This document shows positions 25,624 through 40,014 of a stretch of DNA of 64,000 nt, piece after piece. Within the stretch, counting starts at the first letter, position 1, and each line of letters begins with the position of its first letter. Made by a program: the position numbers and the translations under genes. The notes beneath the pieces are model-generated. The model was not told where the DNA came from and did not search any database. It saw only the letters and a program-made list of their open reading frames with translations. This DNA comes from Eledone cirrhosa (lineage: Eukaryota), in contig OZ024743.1 in NCBI GenBank assembly GCA_964016885.1, positions 144,088,001-144,152,000 on the forward strand, given 5' to 3'.

Positions 25624-26226
25624 GAATTAAATGCCTTAATGTAAAACCTATGTAAGTATACTGGTTTTTTTTAAGTGTCACAACTGTATATATACATACA
25701 TTACTTATGTATATAGACTTACACCTGTGTGTACTTATATATATATAGACTAAAGGAAAGTTATAATAAGGCAGACAATGTGTTGTGCCATGTAAAAGTG
25801 GCATAGTATATTGTTATTGATGATAAGATGTCTCAATGTGGAGACGGCAACCGTGAGCCAATCAAGGCCATACACAGATCTAGGATTACATCGAGTATCA
25901 GAGGCAAATGTCCTCATACACCTGCAGTTCTCCAGCCTAAAAACACGTGGTGAGAATAGGCCCAGTCACACAGAGACTCATGAATATCTGAATCCTCCTG
26001 CAACTTCGAATTTTCAGAGATCTAAGGCTCAAAAGCAACCTTGTTCCACCATGTCAAATTATTTTTCAGGGACACTGATTGTACTTAATCTGTACCAGCA
26101 TGTAAAAGCAGCCATTAAATGTTGTTGATGATGATGAATGTGAGTATGTATGTCTTCATATATATATATATACACACACACATGAATATATATATATATT
26201 TATATATACACATAAATATATATATA

Positions 26227-26266
<40 letters not shown>

Positions 26267-26270
<4 letters not shown>

Positions 26271-26482
26271 AACCAGTAAGACCCCGACAGCTGAGCTCAA
26301 GCCGTTTCGACGGCTAATTCTGGACGGCTAATTCTGGACGGAATAGTCCAGAATTAGCCGTCGAAACGGCTTGAGCTCAACTGTCGGGGTCTTACTGGTT
26401 CCTATTACCCACTCTACTACCTCAAGTATTGAGTACTTTGGTGCGTTATGGTCCACCTGGTTCCTTACCACATTTCCTTCGT

Positions 26483-26484
<2 letters not shown>
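26267..26484 (+). mobile_element. Short fold-back PLE-type insertion, family A, containing the 3' part of a type I hammerhead
   Basis: Arms 26267-26325 and 26346-26404, plus an 80 bp unpaired tail. Contains a stem II hairpin, then GAAAC-ggct..gagctc..ct-GTC-gggg. Flanked by (TA)n. Confidence 0.7.
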
Positions 26485-26523
<39 letters not shown>

Positions 26524-26540
26524 ATATATATATTTATGTG

Positions 26541-26572
<32 letters not shown>

Positions 26573-26649
26573 TGTGTGTTACATCGTTTCATCATCATCA
26601 TTTCATTTTACGTCCACTTTTTCCCTGCTTTCAAGGGTGGGACGGGAAC

Positions 26650-26684
<35 letters not shown>

Positions 26685-27070
26685 GTTATTCCGGGTTGAA
26701 TGGAGGTGACCACATATAACTATATATATATATATATATATTTATGTGTATATATATATATATTTATGTGTGTATATATATATATATATATATTTATGTG
26801 TATATATATATATATTTATGTGTATATATATATATATATATTTATGTGTATATATATATATATTTATGTGTATATATATATATATATATATTTATGTGTA
26901 TATATATATATATTTATGTGTATATATATATATAAATTTATGTGTATATATATATATATTTATGTGTATATATATATATATATATATTTATGTGTATATA
27001 TATATATATATATTTATGTGTATATATATATATATTTATGTGTATATATATATATTTATGTATATATATT

Positions 27071-27308
27071 GTTATATTTGGGGAGGGTCATATTTGCGTA
27101 ATATTGCCAGAATTAATAACAGAACACACTCACTGTGAGTATGTATGTCTTCATATATATACACACACACACATGAATATATATATATATACATACAGTG
27201 AGTGTGTTCTGTTATTAATTCTGGCAATATTACGCAAATATGACCCTCCCCAAATATAACAATATCTGTTTCGACACACGATTTCATATAAAAAACCTCG
27301 CTAAACTA
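27071..27308 (+). mobile_element. Short fold-back insertion, family B (3' terminus shared with the PLE at 43041-45760)
   Basis: Arms 27071-27135 and 27196-27260, tail to 27308, nearly identical to 45634-45746. Confidence 0.8.
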
Positions 27309-27967
27309 TGTATATATATATATATATTTAAGTGTATATATATATATATATTTATGTGTATATATATATATATATATATTTATGTGTATATATATATATA
27401 TATTTATGTGTATATATATATATATATTTATGTGTATATATATATATATTTAAGTGTATATATATATATATATTTATGTGTATATATATATATATATTTA
27501 TCTGTATATATATATATATATATTTATGTGTATATATATATATATTTATGTGTATATATATATATATTTATGTGTATATATATATATATATTTATGTGTA
27601 TATATATATATTTATGTGTATATATATATATATATTTATCTGTATATATATATATATATTTATGTGTATATATATATATTTGTGTATATATATGTATATA
27701 TATATTTAAGTGTATATATATATATATATTTATGTGTATATATATATATATATTTATGTGTATATATATATATATATTTATGTGTATATATATATTTATG
27801 TGTACATACACACATATGTACATTTGTAGGTGCATATACACACATTTATACACATACCCTTACTATATTTTTATATATCTCTTGCCTTACTTTCATTTAT
27901 ATATTTTTTTTTTCCGTTAAACTTTTGCCTTTCTTGAGATTTTTCAAATATTTCACTGTTTTAAATT

Positions 27968-28045
27968 GCCTTGTCTGACGAACGAATGCGGACGTTTCTT
28001 GTATTCATCTTATTCGGGAAACCTCTGGTAATGAGGTAATTATAT
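27968..28045 (+). ncRNA. Candidate type I hammerhead ribozyme in a PLE-like 3' fragment
   Basis: CTGACGA-(cgaat..attcg)-GAAAC-ctc-tggtaat-gag-GTA. Stem III is good and stem I is weak. Confidence 0.5.
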
Positions 28046-28142
28046 TGTATTGTTTATTATACATTAAATTTAGCACTGTAACTTACATAGAGCACTCTTC
28101 ACTCCTATGACCTTTTCAATTTTCAACGGAAACTTCAATACT

Positions 28143-28204
<62 letters not shown>

Positions 28205-28207
<3 letters not shown>

Positions 28208-28339
28208 CAAAGGAATTGTGGCAAGGAACCAGAAGGACCATAACGCACCAGAGTACTCAATAGTTAGGGGGAGTAGAGTGGGAAATAGGAAAAAGTATGA
28301 CCCCGACGGGGTCATACTGCCGTCGGGGTCATACTTTTT

Positions 28340-28343
<4 letters not shown>
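28205..28343 (-). mobile_element. Second short fold-back insertion of family A
   Basis: Arms 28286-28309 and 28320-28343. The 81 bp tail 28205-28285 is homologous, inverted and diverged, to 26405-26484. Flanked by (TA)n. Confidence 0.7.
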
Positions 28344-28394
<51 letters not shown>

Positions 28395-29238
28395 TCATCA
28401 TCATCATCACTTTACGTCCGCTTTTCCCTGCTTGCAAGATAGATATATATTTATGTGTATATATGAAGACATACATACTCACATTCAACAACATTTAATG
28501 GCTGCTTTTACATGCTGGTACAGATTAAGTACAATCAGGGTCCCTGAAAAATAATTTGACATGGTGGAACAAGGTTGCTTTTGAGCCTTTGATCTCTGAA
28601 AATTCGAAGTTGCAGGAGGATTCAGATATTCATGAGTCTCTGTGTGACTGGGCCTATTCTCACCACGTGTTTTTAGGCTGGAGAACTGCAGGTGTATGAG
28701 GACATTTGCCTCTGATACTCGATGTAATCCTAGATCTGTGTATGGCCTTGATTGGCTCAAGGTTGCTGTCTCATCATCAATAACAATATACTATGCCACT
28801 TTTACATGGCACAACACATTGTTTGCCTTATTATAACTTTGCTTTAGTCTATAGAACAATAGCAACAAGCATTTTAAGGCTATTTTGTCTGTTAAAACAA
28901 GGGTTAGTTAACTTTACAAGTTGGGCCCTGATAACAGGCTTCATACATAACATGGTGCCCTCTTTGAGGCACTGTTTTATGACCAGATGCCCTTTCTGGC
29001 ACCATCCTTTTTAGTCACCTCTTATGGCACAGTTACTATGAGTGCTTAGTGTAAACCTAATACACATGGTAACTTAGCTTTAGTCTAACTAAAAATAGAG
29101 GAAATTCCTATTTCATGGTTGAGTGGTTCTGGCTAGTGGTATGAAGAGAATATACCAGCTGTATCAACTATTTATACAAAAACTAAATTTATATATATAA
29201 GCATATCAAATTTGTTTATATGCACTCATGCACACGTG

Positions 29239-29245
29239 CACACGC

Positions 29246-29326
<81 letters not shown>
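29239..29326. repeat. (CA)n microsatellite
   Basis: Direct reading. Confidence 0.95.
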
Positions 29327-29328
<2 letters not shown>

Positions 29329-29682
29329 AATTCATGTTTGCTTAGGGGGAGGTGAAGTAGAGGTATTAAGGTCTGCTTGGGACTTAATATTTAATATTTC
29401 TTGTTAAATCTGTATATCTGTCATTTCTAATTCATTTTGGGAAAGCCATCAACACCACAGTTTCCTATTTTCCTACTTTGTAGGTTTGTAACATTATAAA
29501 TGTTCATGTATAAAGGTGTGTATGTGTGTTTATGTCTTTATGTGTGTGTGTGCATCGGTATGTGTGTATGGGTGTTTATGTCTATCTTCTATGAGGTAAT
29601 GGTAGGTGATGCAGGCTGAGTTAATTTGAGCTATTTGATACCAACCTGCCCAAAACCTTCCTCTCGCTTTATCATTTTAAAG

Positions 29683-30203
29683 TAGCGGTTGCCAACCAGT
29701 GGTCTGAGAGAAAAGTTTGATGGTCTGCAGAAAAATTTGGACATTCATCATCATCATCATCATCATCACCGTTTTACGTCCGTTCTTCCACGCTAGCATA
29801 GGTTAGACGGGTTGTCCTGTTGTGGGCAGTGTCTGGTCGGCTGACCATGCCTTGCTCATACAGGAACTGATTTTGGCTTGATTTCTACAGCTAGATGCCC
29901 TTCCTAACATTATTTGCAATTTTTATGTTTTATTAATAATAAAACAAAAAATATTTGGTTAAAATATGTTTTATAACACCCCTAAAAAATGTTTCTCCTC
30001 AATAAAGAACTAACATCCATGAAAGAATTTTACACATATGTATCATCTATGGACAATATGACACACGTACAATTCAGTATTGTTTAATAAAATAGAAGTT
30101 CTCTGATTATTATTTTACAAATGTATTTATCTTTTTAAAAAAAATCATATTAGTGGTCCACGGGATTTAAAATTATGAAGGTCCGAAAGTTTGGCAACTG
30201 CTG
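29683..30203. mobile_element. hAT-like MITE with 8-bp TSD, containing a SINE family 2 tail (about 29746-29909)
   Basis: TTTTAAAG|tagcggttgccaacc...gtttggcaactgctg|TTTTAAAG. Confidence 0.75.
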
Positions 30204-31651
30204 TTTTAAAGTGCTCATTAAACCTTCCAACAATTTTTTTTTTAAAGAACTCATTCTCCATACATTAGTTTAAAGAAAAAGGTATTTTACTAAATTCTTG
30301 CTAATATTTTTATTTACCAAATTAATTGAACCACATTGTGTATTTCATTAGAAACATGGTGTCAAAACAGTTAATTCTTCAAAATTGATTATTGACTCTG
30401 TTGCTGCTCAGAGTTTATCATTACATGCAAACCTTTTTATTATTTGAGGTTAACTTTGCCTTTCATCCTTACGGGGTCGATAAAATAAAGTACCAGTAAT
30501 GCACTGGGTAATTGCTGGCCTTGTGCCAAACGTAGAAACAATTATTTGATAGCATGTAGCAAGGAGCTAGTATTATGTACCAAGTTATACTCAGTTCAAA
30601 TACTTCAAATCTGGAATGAATGACATTTTTTATTGTTTTCTTTTTGGAGTGTGTGTGTCATTTGTACTTTTTTTAGCTCACCAACCAATGGTAGTTTTGA
30701 TCAGGGTACAGTTATATAGGTACCTATAACACACTTATTGACCACCAAGCTCCAATTTTTGTTGTCACTAGTAAATGTGCTATAGTTATGATTACATAAT
30801 ATCTATCTTATAACATTCTCCTTATTAATATAAAGATGCCTGTATAGTTACATACTACCTTTATCTATTCTGTGTATAGTTACATAAACAATGCCTCAAA
30901 AAGTCTTGTCCAGCCCATGCCAGGATGAAAAGGTTGTCACGAAAACGATTGCGATGATGAGGAACTATCTCTATTCTATGTATAGATACATGCTATCTAT
31001 ATCCCATGTATATTTACATACTGTCTCTAATCTAAGTATAGTTGCATGCTACCGTTATTCTATGTATAGTTACATATTATCCTTTATTTTATATATATAT
31101 AGTTACATACTGTCTTTTTCTACTCCTCTCATCACTTACATTGTGTCCAATATTTATTCTATCTATTCAACTGGGCTTAACTGACCTTCTATATTACTGT
31201 GTTTATCTGGTTTTAGAATAGCTACACTGTATCCGTATGTGTTGCAAGAGGCATCTAAAAGGTTGCTGCTAGGAAGGGCATCCAACTGTATGACATTTCC
31301 TTGCAAATGGCTCCATGATGAGTACGAAACTTGTTATGGAACCCACAAGTCTAACTCCTGTTTTATCAAGGAAGATCTCCTTTAAAAGCTTGTATCTTTA
31401 TTCTATATATATAGTTAGCTACTATTAGTTCCTGTCTACTTCAAGTTCTCATGCTTGATATAGCAGTAGCAGTCAGCTAAATCACTAAACAAGCGGTACA
31501 CTTGTATTATCTAACTATTAACCAGAGCAACAGAGGAATTCCTTTTGATCTTTTGTCTTTATTTCATGTAGCAACACTTAGAGGTGGAGTTGCTATGATT
31601 ATTGCAATATAAGAAGCATACCTTTATAATTTAGAGGAGAGGTATATGTTG

Positions 31652-31682
<31 letters not shown>

Positions 31683-32622
31683 TTGTGTACATCCATGCAT
31701 GCATTTCATCATCATCATCACCATCATCATAACCACCACCATCACCACCACCACCATCATCATCATCATCGTTTTAACATCCACTTTCCCTGCTAGTGTA
31801 TATAAATCTATGCATGTCTGTTTATGTATATTTATGCATGTATGTGTTTATATGTGTATGTATACATGTGGTGAACTGACATTGTTTATGAATGTGTGTG
31901 TTTATGTGTATGTATATATGTGATGAACTGACATAGTTTGTGACAGTTCTCTATGTTCTGAGTTCAAATCCCACTGAGGACAACTTTGCCTTTCATCCTT
32001 TCAGGGATGATATAATAAATTCCAGTCCATGGCAGTACAATGGCTAAATTATTTGAACATCAGATGAGATGCTGTACAGTATTTGTTCAAACTCTTTGTG
32101 ATTTGAGTTCAAATCCTGCTGTGACCTACATAGATGGTAGCCTTAATCCACCACCTGGCCAGCCATTGGATGCCTTTAGTGAAGTCCATTACAAGCATTC
32201 ATGCCTGTCTCCAGTTTAAAGATATTTCTCTCCTTCCTTCCCACAAATCTCAGAGACCCTGAAATGGGTCTTGGACAATGGCCTTCTCTCCCTGAACTAA
32301 ACAGTAAAAAACTAGTATAACATGATATATAAAACATAGACAATGGTGCACAGAAGGGCTACTGTGACCAGAGAGGAATAAACTGATTGTAGTACCCTGG
32401 ATGTGACCGATTTGTTTATCTACATGAAGAACTTAAAGTGCTTATGAATTGAGAAAGTGATTGGAAATTAAAGAACTTGAGCTAATATACACAAAAGAAA
32501 TGGCTGTGCTACTATGGGTCCTGTAGTAATACCAATGACTATGTCCTGGGTGAAGAAGTGCTGTGAGTTTATTGGAAAAGCGTGATAGTGCTGCCCTTCC
32601 CTCTCTAATTAAACAGTAAAAA

Positions 32623-32667
<45 letters not shown>

Positions 32668-35600
32668 AGTGTGTGTGTTTACGTATAATGCATAAGTGTA
32701 TTCAGGGATGGATTAAGCTTGCATAAAACTGATTTTAATTTATTTATATTGGCATATATTGGCCATTGTGAGAAGCTAGTTGCAGTCCAGTTATTCTCTC
32801 CCTCTTAATTCATCAACATTTATCTATTTATGTGTTTATACATGCATGTATGTATATTTCTGTGTGTAGGTGCATGTGTTTATGCATATTTCTTAGGGCC
32901 TATAATTTCTGATATTACTGGTATTTGAGTATTTCATTGACCCTAGAGTAAACAAAAGTTGACTTATCTATGGCATGATTTGAACTCAGAACTATGAGGC
33001 TCCAAACTAAATTCTGTAAAGCATCTCATCTTGTTCGTTATCATGCTAGCTCAGCTCTACTGCCCTCAAATAAATAATGCTATATTTGGCAATTATATAC
33101 AAGATTCTGGAGGGAAACAAAATTGTTCCAAAAATTATAATTAAAAAAAAAATTCATTTTGAAAATTCAATCAATTAATTTGCAATTTTCTTTATCCACT
33201 CATTTTTGTATTCTCTGTTTCTCCCCTCTCTCACTCTCCAAAATGGAATTTTTTATTCTACCACAAGTCTTTTCTTCATTACTTTCCCACTTTTTCACTC
33301 ATATTTTATCCCCTACTCTCACATATTCTTTCTTTTTTATCAATATAGATATTTATTAAAATTATCATTGTTTTTATATTTACTTTTCCATGCTGGCATT
33401 GGTTGAGTAGGAAGTGGAGCCAGTTTATGCAGCTAGGCCCAACATCAGGCTTTGCTGCTTGGAGATGCTTCAAAATATTCTGGTTTAACCTGGCTATATC
33501 CAGCTTTCTGTTCAAACCGGCTGCTCATACTGATGTTCTCAAAATAAATAATATCAAAATCTCATAGATTCGATATTATGTGAGATATGTGAGGTAAAGC
33601 CTTTACCATGGAAATATAATAGTATATATAGAGTAATGTAAATGTTAAAAGGGTTAAAAGGTTTAATTGGATATTATAAAAGAGGAAAAGGCAAATTATA
33701 TGTTGTGATCATGGAAGAACATTTAGATAGGTCAGTAACAATGCAGTGTAAAGTCTCCTGATACGAGGCAATGGCAAGAGTTTTACACATACACACACAT
33801 GTTTGTGTGAGATTTTCTAAATGAGGGATGCACTCCAACCAGACTACTCCCTGTGTTAAGTTCAGCATGTTCTAGATATGCTGAAACAATGATTTCAATC
33901 ATGTAATTATTTGATAGGTGCAGCTGTTAAACAAGTCCTCCTGTCATTGAATATCAGGATAAAGCTAAAATGTTGACAATACACTTACTTGGGTGGGTAG
34001 GTAGTAGCTACATTGCTTTGTCATTTGGTGCACTGGCTCAATGCTGGTTATGAAATATGATGGCAATGGTGATAATAGTGACAGTGGAAACAGTATTGAT
34101 GATGATGATGACAATGTTGAAGTTGATAATTATGTTGAGGGTGGCAGTAATATTGATATTGGCCACCAAGGCTACAATGATCATGATCATGATCATGATC
34201 ATCATGTTCACACATTTTTCATGCTTGCATAGATTAGACAGAACTTTTGGGGGCCGTATTTTATGACTGGCTGTCTTTCCTTCTTGACAATAACCCCTGT
34301 AGTCACTACTTATGATATGCAGGGGTGGCATGCCGTACCTATACATCAAGAGACCTGGTTGTGTGTTGCAATACTAATATTGTAGAAAAACTTTTGCTGT
34401 ATTTCAAAGTTTGTCTGTACAATACCTTGTGGTATTTGTTCCAGTTTCCTGTACTTGGAAGTCAAATTCTGCCGAGATTAACTTTGTTTCAAGTAGCAGT
34501 TCATGGTAATGGATTAGTGCAATTGTTAAAACCTTTGATGAAATATCTTACTGTATCTATTCCGTGGATTTGTATTCTGGGTTCAAATTCTGTCTAGAGG
34601 TTCAAATCCGACTGTTGACCAGTGCTAAAGACCCAATCATGGGGTCACAACTGTTTATAAAAGCTGAAATACCTGGAAGAGGATTGTGGTTGTTTGTGAC
34701 TACAGTTGAACAATGATGAGGATAATGACTGTATGTATGTATGTAGCAACACTGATACTGAATTTAAAAGATTACTGTTTCAAAGCCATGGATGTGTGCA
34801 GTAATGTTTAGATTGTAAAAGAATTGTGCTATGTTTCAAAGTTTATGATTTATAAGTGAGGGTGTGAGGTTTAGCAGTAACCACTCATGGTTCTACTGTC
34901 GTGATTTTGATTCCCAAACAGAGCGGTGCATTGTGTCCCCTTTATTTCACATTAACACAGTTCACTTAGCTGGCAAAAATTAGTTATACCTTTAATTCAA
35001 AGGGCCAGACATCTCTTACACAGTGTCATGCTGAATGTTCCCAAGAAATATGTTAAGAGTAATTGTGTTTGTAGAATGCTCAGCCACTTGTATGGTAATT
35101 TCATGAGCAGGCTGTTCCATTGTTCATACAACTGGAACACTTGTTGTAGGAACTGATGGAGGTAACATGTCTTTATATTGACCCTAAAGATAATTTCGTT
35201 TAGAAAGAGTTAAATTGACTAAACTAATCCCAGTACAGTTATCAATACTGACATTATTGATCCTAGAGGTATGAGGTAAATATTATTTTAGTAGGATTTG
35301 GACTTGGAATTGAAAATCAGAAAACTATTCACTTTAAAGTTTTATTTTGAAGCTCCTTTTTTGTCTGACATATTATATACTAAGGGATTTTCTTCTCCCC
35401 AACAATAATAGGTATGGGGAAGTGGGTAAAAGTTTAGCTGTACTTTTGACACTAACTCACCTGAAACCCCCTCATTTTAGAATGGTCATACTGAAATAAA
35501 AGTATGATAAAAAATTTTAGTTATCTCATAAAATCTTTCAAATTTTCAAAATTAATTGATATACATAGGATGTGTATTTCATTAGAAATATGGTAACACA

Positions 35601-38600
35601 AGTATTAATCATGTTGTCTGTTACATGTTTGTGTTAGCATTGGAATGTGTGGATCCAACTGCTAGAATAGCAACTATTTGTAAGGTTTTTTTTTTCTTCT
35701 TTTATCCAAAAAGGAATTTCAGAAACTATTTTGGTAAGACGAGTACTCTTTAGTCATGCAAGATACAAGGAAATCTCACTAGTGCTAGCGCGATGATACA
35801 ATGCATCCAGTACACTCTGTATTTGATGATTAAACAAAGGCAGCATAGGGTTGAGAGGAGTTTTTAGTCCTGCTGAGAACTAATGCTGGTGCCATGATAC
35901 AATTCACCCAGTGCGTCCTGTAAAGAAGTTGACAATCAAAGAGAGAATCCTTTTCTTCAGCTGAGGGCATAATCTCTCTAGCACTCTGGTACCTTGCTGA
36001 AATACACCCAAAAAGTAGTTGGTGTTAGGAAAAACATCAAGCCACAGAAACCATTCCAAGATTGGAACATATGAATGAGAGATAGTTTTCTGACCAATTT
36101 AGAAGGTAGTTACTCTGAATAAGAATGGACTCTGGCATGACAATCAGTCCAACCCATGCCAGCATGATAACAGATGTAAAATGATGATGTTGATGATGAT
36201 GATAAGTGACTGATGTAGAAATTCCTGTGTCAGCTTTCACAGCACATCTTTAATTTATTCTCATCTGTTCATTCATTTTTGTAACTTAACAGAACATATT
36301 TATTAGGCTTACCCATTCTTTTGATGGGGGTCACACATAAAAACAAAACCTTCATATTAGCTATCTTGCTATTAAAAACTATACAATTTATAGAAATAAT
36401 CTCATTTCTCTTTGGGGCATATAAATTTTAGCTTAAACTTAATCCTATTGAATCAGGTTAATCTTAAACATTCAGCTTGGCAGTAGTAGCTATTTCAGAA
36501 TATAAAATAATAATATTAAGTAGGTACTAGAGTTGGAAATATGAACAACCTTCTGCCATCATCCTCACCACCATCATCATTTTTGTCAAGCCTTAGCTTG
36601 CAGAACACTCTAATGCATATTATATCAATAGCATGTTATTTCACATAGACACAGCCTGCTTTAGTTCATCCTATCTTTATCCATATAATAGTTCTCTACT
36701 GGGGAAAAACTTTGTTCATTACTTTTGGATTACACAGACTCAAATTTTGATTATGTCACTCTTTCTTTTGTTTTTCTTTCACTATTTCATTCCACCATTG
36801 TAAAAATCCATGATATCTTGGGCATATTAAACCTAGTGGAACCTATCCCTCACCAGGTCTGTACACAGCCAATATTTTTTTCAAATAGAAGGGGGAAGAG
36901 GGAGAGAAGAGTCAATCCCTGGACTGGACTGATGCTTTACTTATTGACTCCATTTCAATGCCAAAATGTTAAAATGTAAAGTTAACCTTTGTGGAATTTG
37001 AATTCAATTGTAAGAGCTGGAGTGATATATAAATGCACACACACAAACACACACACATGTAACCTGAATGAACACATAAAAGTGAAGAACTTGGAAGTAA
37101 GGACTCAGATTTTTATCACCAGATTTTTATCAAGTGTTCTTTTTCTTCTTTCTACATACAATCATATATATATATATATCACTCCCATGTGTGCTGATGC
37201 CCATATTTTCCCATTCAGTGGATTTATATACTCCATTATTATACTATATTATGTAGTCAATGTTATGGCGATGTAATATCTAAACCATGGATCTCAATAC
37301 ACTGTTCTTAAAATTTGAGCAGTGGGAATCTGAAGTAGAGGTTTGTGGGCTTTTATTGTTTATTTATTGATTATTTATGTAATGTCCTGTAACTCTGTTT
37401 TACTGAGTCTATCCAGTTTAGAATAGATACATCGTATCCCTTTGTGGTGTAAGTGGTGACTAAAAGGGATTGGTAAGAGGAAGAGCATCTGATTGTAAAA
37501 CCTAGCATCAATATATTTATGCCTGTCATGAGGCCCTGCAAGGCTAACTCCTGCATTAGTAGGGAATATGGCCTTAAAATGCTTGCTGTATCATTTAATT
37601 CTATTACTTCTATCACTGCTTTTTTTAATCTTTGTTTCTTCTTCCCTATCCTCTTTCTTTCACATATACACACTTTGTCATCTCTTTTTTGTTTCTATGT
37701 TCTTCCATTCTTTGTACAGTATGATATACTATTACCATATGCATTCCAGCTTTTTGAATAGGTACCTTGTGTGTTGTAAGAAGCAACTAAAATGGTTAGC
37801 ATCATGAAGGGTATTTGGCTGTAAAACATTGCCTGAAACCATTCCAACCAACTCATGCCAGCATGAAAAAGTGGATGCAAACATGTTGATGATAATGATG
37901 ATATAACTATACAGTTACTGTACACTATAACTATAAAGTTCATCATCATCATCTTTTTTATGTCCACGTTTCCATGTTACTGAACATGATTTTGAGGTAA
38001 TCTTTACAGCTGGCGCTCTTTTTGACACATCTCTTTCAGTCACTTTTACAATACACATGGACACAGTGTACCTATTCTGAAAATTGGGATAGACATTGTA
38101 AAGTTACTATAGTATATCCCATGATTTGAACTTAGAGCCAAATTACATACTGGCAAGGAATTTTGTCCTATGCTCTAATGACTCTGCCAATTTTCTGCCT
38201 AAATTGTGTTCCATGATATGGTACTGAAAGTCAATTGGGGTATATACATAGTAAATGAGACCTTCTATTATATATACAAAAAAGCTCACCATTTCCAACA
38301 AGAGAGATAGAGAGAGCAATGCACACAAAAGTATGTCATTGTTGCCCCAGGTAAGCTCCAGTTGAGCAGACCTTTTCTACCATGTCAATAAACCACATAC
38401 AGACACTCTTGTTGGTTCATTGTTGTAATGGTACTTTCAGTTGTTGTTGTCTAGTCTCAAGTCAACACTGATATAGCAGATCTATGATCAAAGGTGTTTC
38501 AATTACCACTTCTCTAGATTTCTTTTTTTAGATGGCTGAGGTGTGGTTTCAGAGAGATTTGGTTGTTATTTATAGCAAGTCGGTCAACCATGTAGATGCT

Positions 38601-39249
38601 CCCTCATTTGTTTATATGAAGAGTGATTATTCATGGGTGTGTACATAAACATTCAGTCAATATCTATAAGATGATAATCTCTTTACATGTAAACAAGAGC
38701 TATCATCATCATCATATGTCCATTTTATATTAACATGAGTTGTATGGGTCGTTACAAACTAAGCCAATTCTTAACCAGAGCTACTGTCTTTCTAGACTAG
38801 CTAGGAGGCCATGTTTCCCTTATATATGTTCTAGTTTTAGCATGGTTTCTACAAGTAAATGCCTTTCCTACTACTAACCACTTTACAGACAGTTCTGAAT
38901 GCATTTTGTCATTTCACCAGCTATGATAAAATGTACATTCTGTAAAGAATGTTGGATAGAATGCTTTTTATATTCATTCTGGTTTTCTGCATTCTGAGTT
39001 CAAATCCCACCAAAATTACAACTATTTATAAATCACAAAAATTTGTGATCAGCAGGGATCTCTTATCTCATTATTTATTCATAAAAACACTACCTTGGTT
39101 CTGTAGTTGTCAATGCCTGACTGGCAGTCTTGTACCATAATTTAAATTTTGTTGTCCTCATCATAATTCCATTATATTCCTTATAAGAAAATCTGCTTTT
39201 CTTAAACATGACAGCTTACTGGGCAAGTTAAGCAGTCGCTGATGAGTCT

Positions 39250-39482
39250 TTAAGCCATTTGATACCAAATCATCTGAAACTGCCCCTGGTTCTATGATAC
39301 AAAGCTGTTTGATTTAAAGTATTAATATTTATCTCAAAACCTTCCATCATAATTTTATGTAAGATCCTTTGTTAAATTATGTTCCAGAATCTTTCCCTCT
39401 AAATTCTTGATTATTTTCAAAATTATTTTGAAAATCATAGGCAATGACATTTATTAGAAATCTGTGGTAGCAAAAGGGTTAA
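39250..39482. mobile_element. Second TTAA-type MITE family (relatives near 15280-15631, 29630-30373, 35440-35607, 62400-62780)
   Basis: ttaagccatttgatacca...tggtagcaaaagggttaa, with shared interior ctgaaac..ccctggttctatgatac..aaaaccttccatcataat. Confidence 0.6.
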
Positions 39483-39902
39483 TAAAAGAAACCTTGGCCT
39501 TTCAGTTATTGATACTAACAGGAGTCAAATACTCCGGCAGAATGCAGTTTCTCCTAAATCAATTGATTACATTTGGGTTGGTACTAGACCAATATTAATA
39601 GCTTTATCAATTGAATTAATTTATTATATTTCTGATATTATATCAATGCCAAATAGTGGAAAGACATCATTATCATTTTTATGTTTTTTTCATACTTGCA
39701 TGGGTTGAGCAAGAGCTCTTACTGTCAGATTTCTTCTATGACCAGATGCCCCTCCTGACATGAACCCATGCCTTATTCTAAGTATAGTATATGCTGCTGA
39801 CATTTTATCAAACTGCAACATTGCCTGGTATATTGTTTATAGGCAACATAAACAACTGCCATTGCAGGCATTATAACAGCATTGACATGACATTCTCAGT
39901 GA

Positions 39903-39936
39903 CTCTCTCTCTCTCTCCCTCTCCTCTCTCTCTCTC

Positions 39937-40011
<75 letters not shown>
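39903..40011. repeat. (CT)n microsatellite
   Basis: Direct reading. Confidence 0.95.

Positions 40012-40014
<3 letters not shown>

Larger units (their letters stand above)
25744..28853. repeat. Large inverted duplication (~410-480 bp arms) enclosing microsatellite and PLE-type insertions
   Basis: 25744-26225 is the reverse complement of 28443-28853. The same peptide SQSRPYTDLGLHR..AIKCC appears on opposite strands in the ORF track. Confidence 0.95.

Noticed and set aside
25811-26128. Duplicated 105/91-aa ORF as a gene pair
   Set aside because: It only reflects the inverted duplication and has no recognisable protein features.
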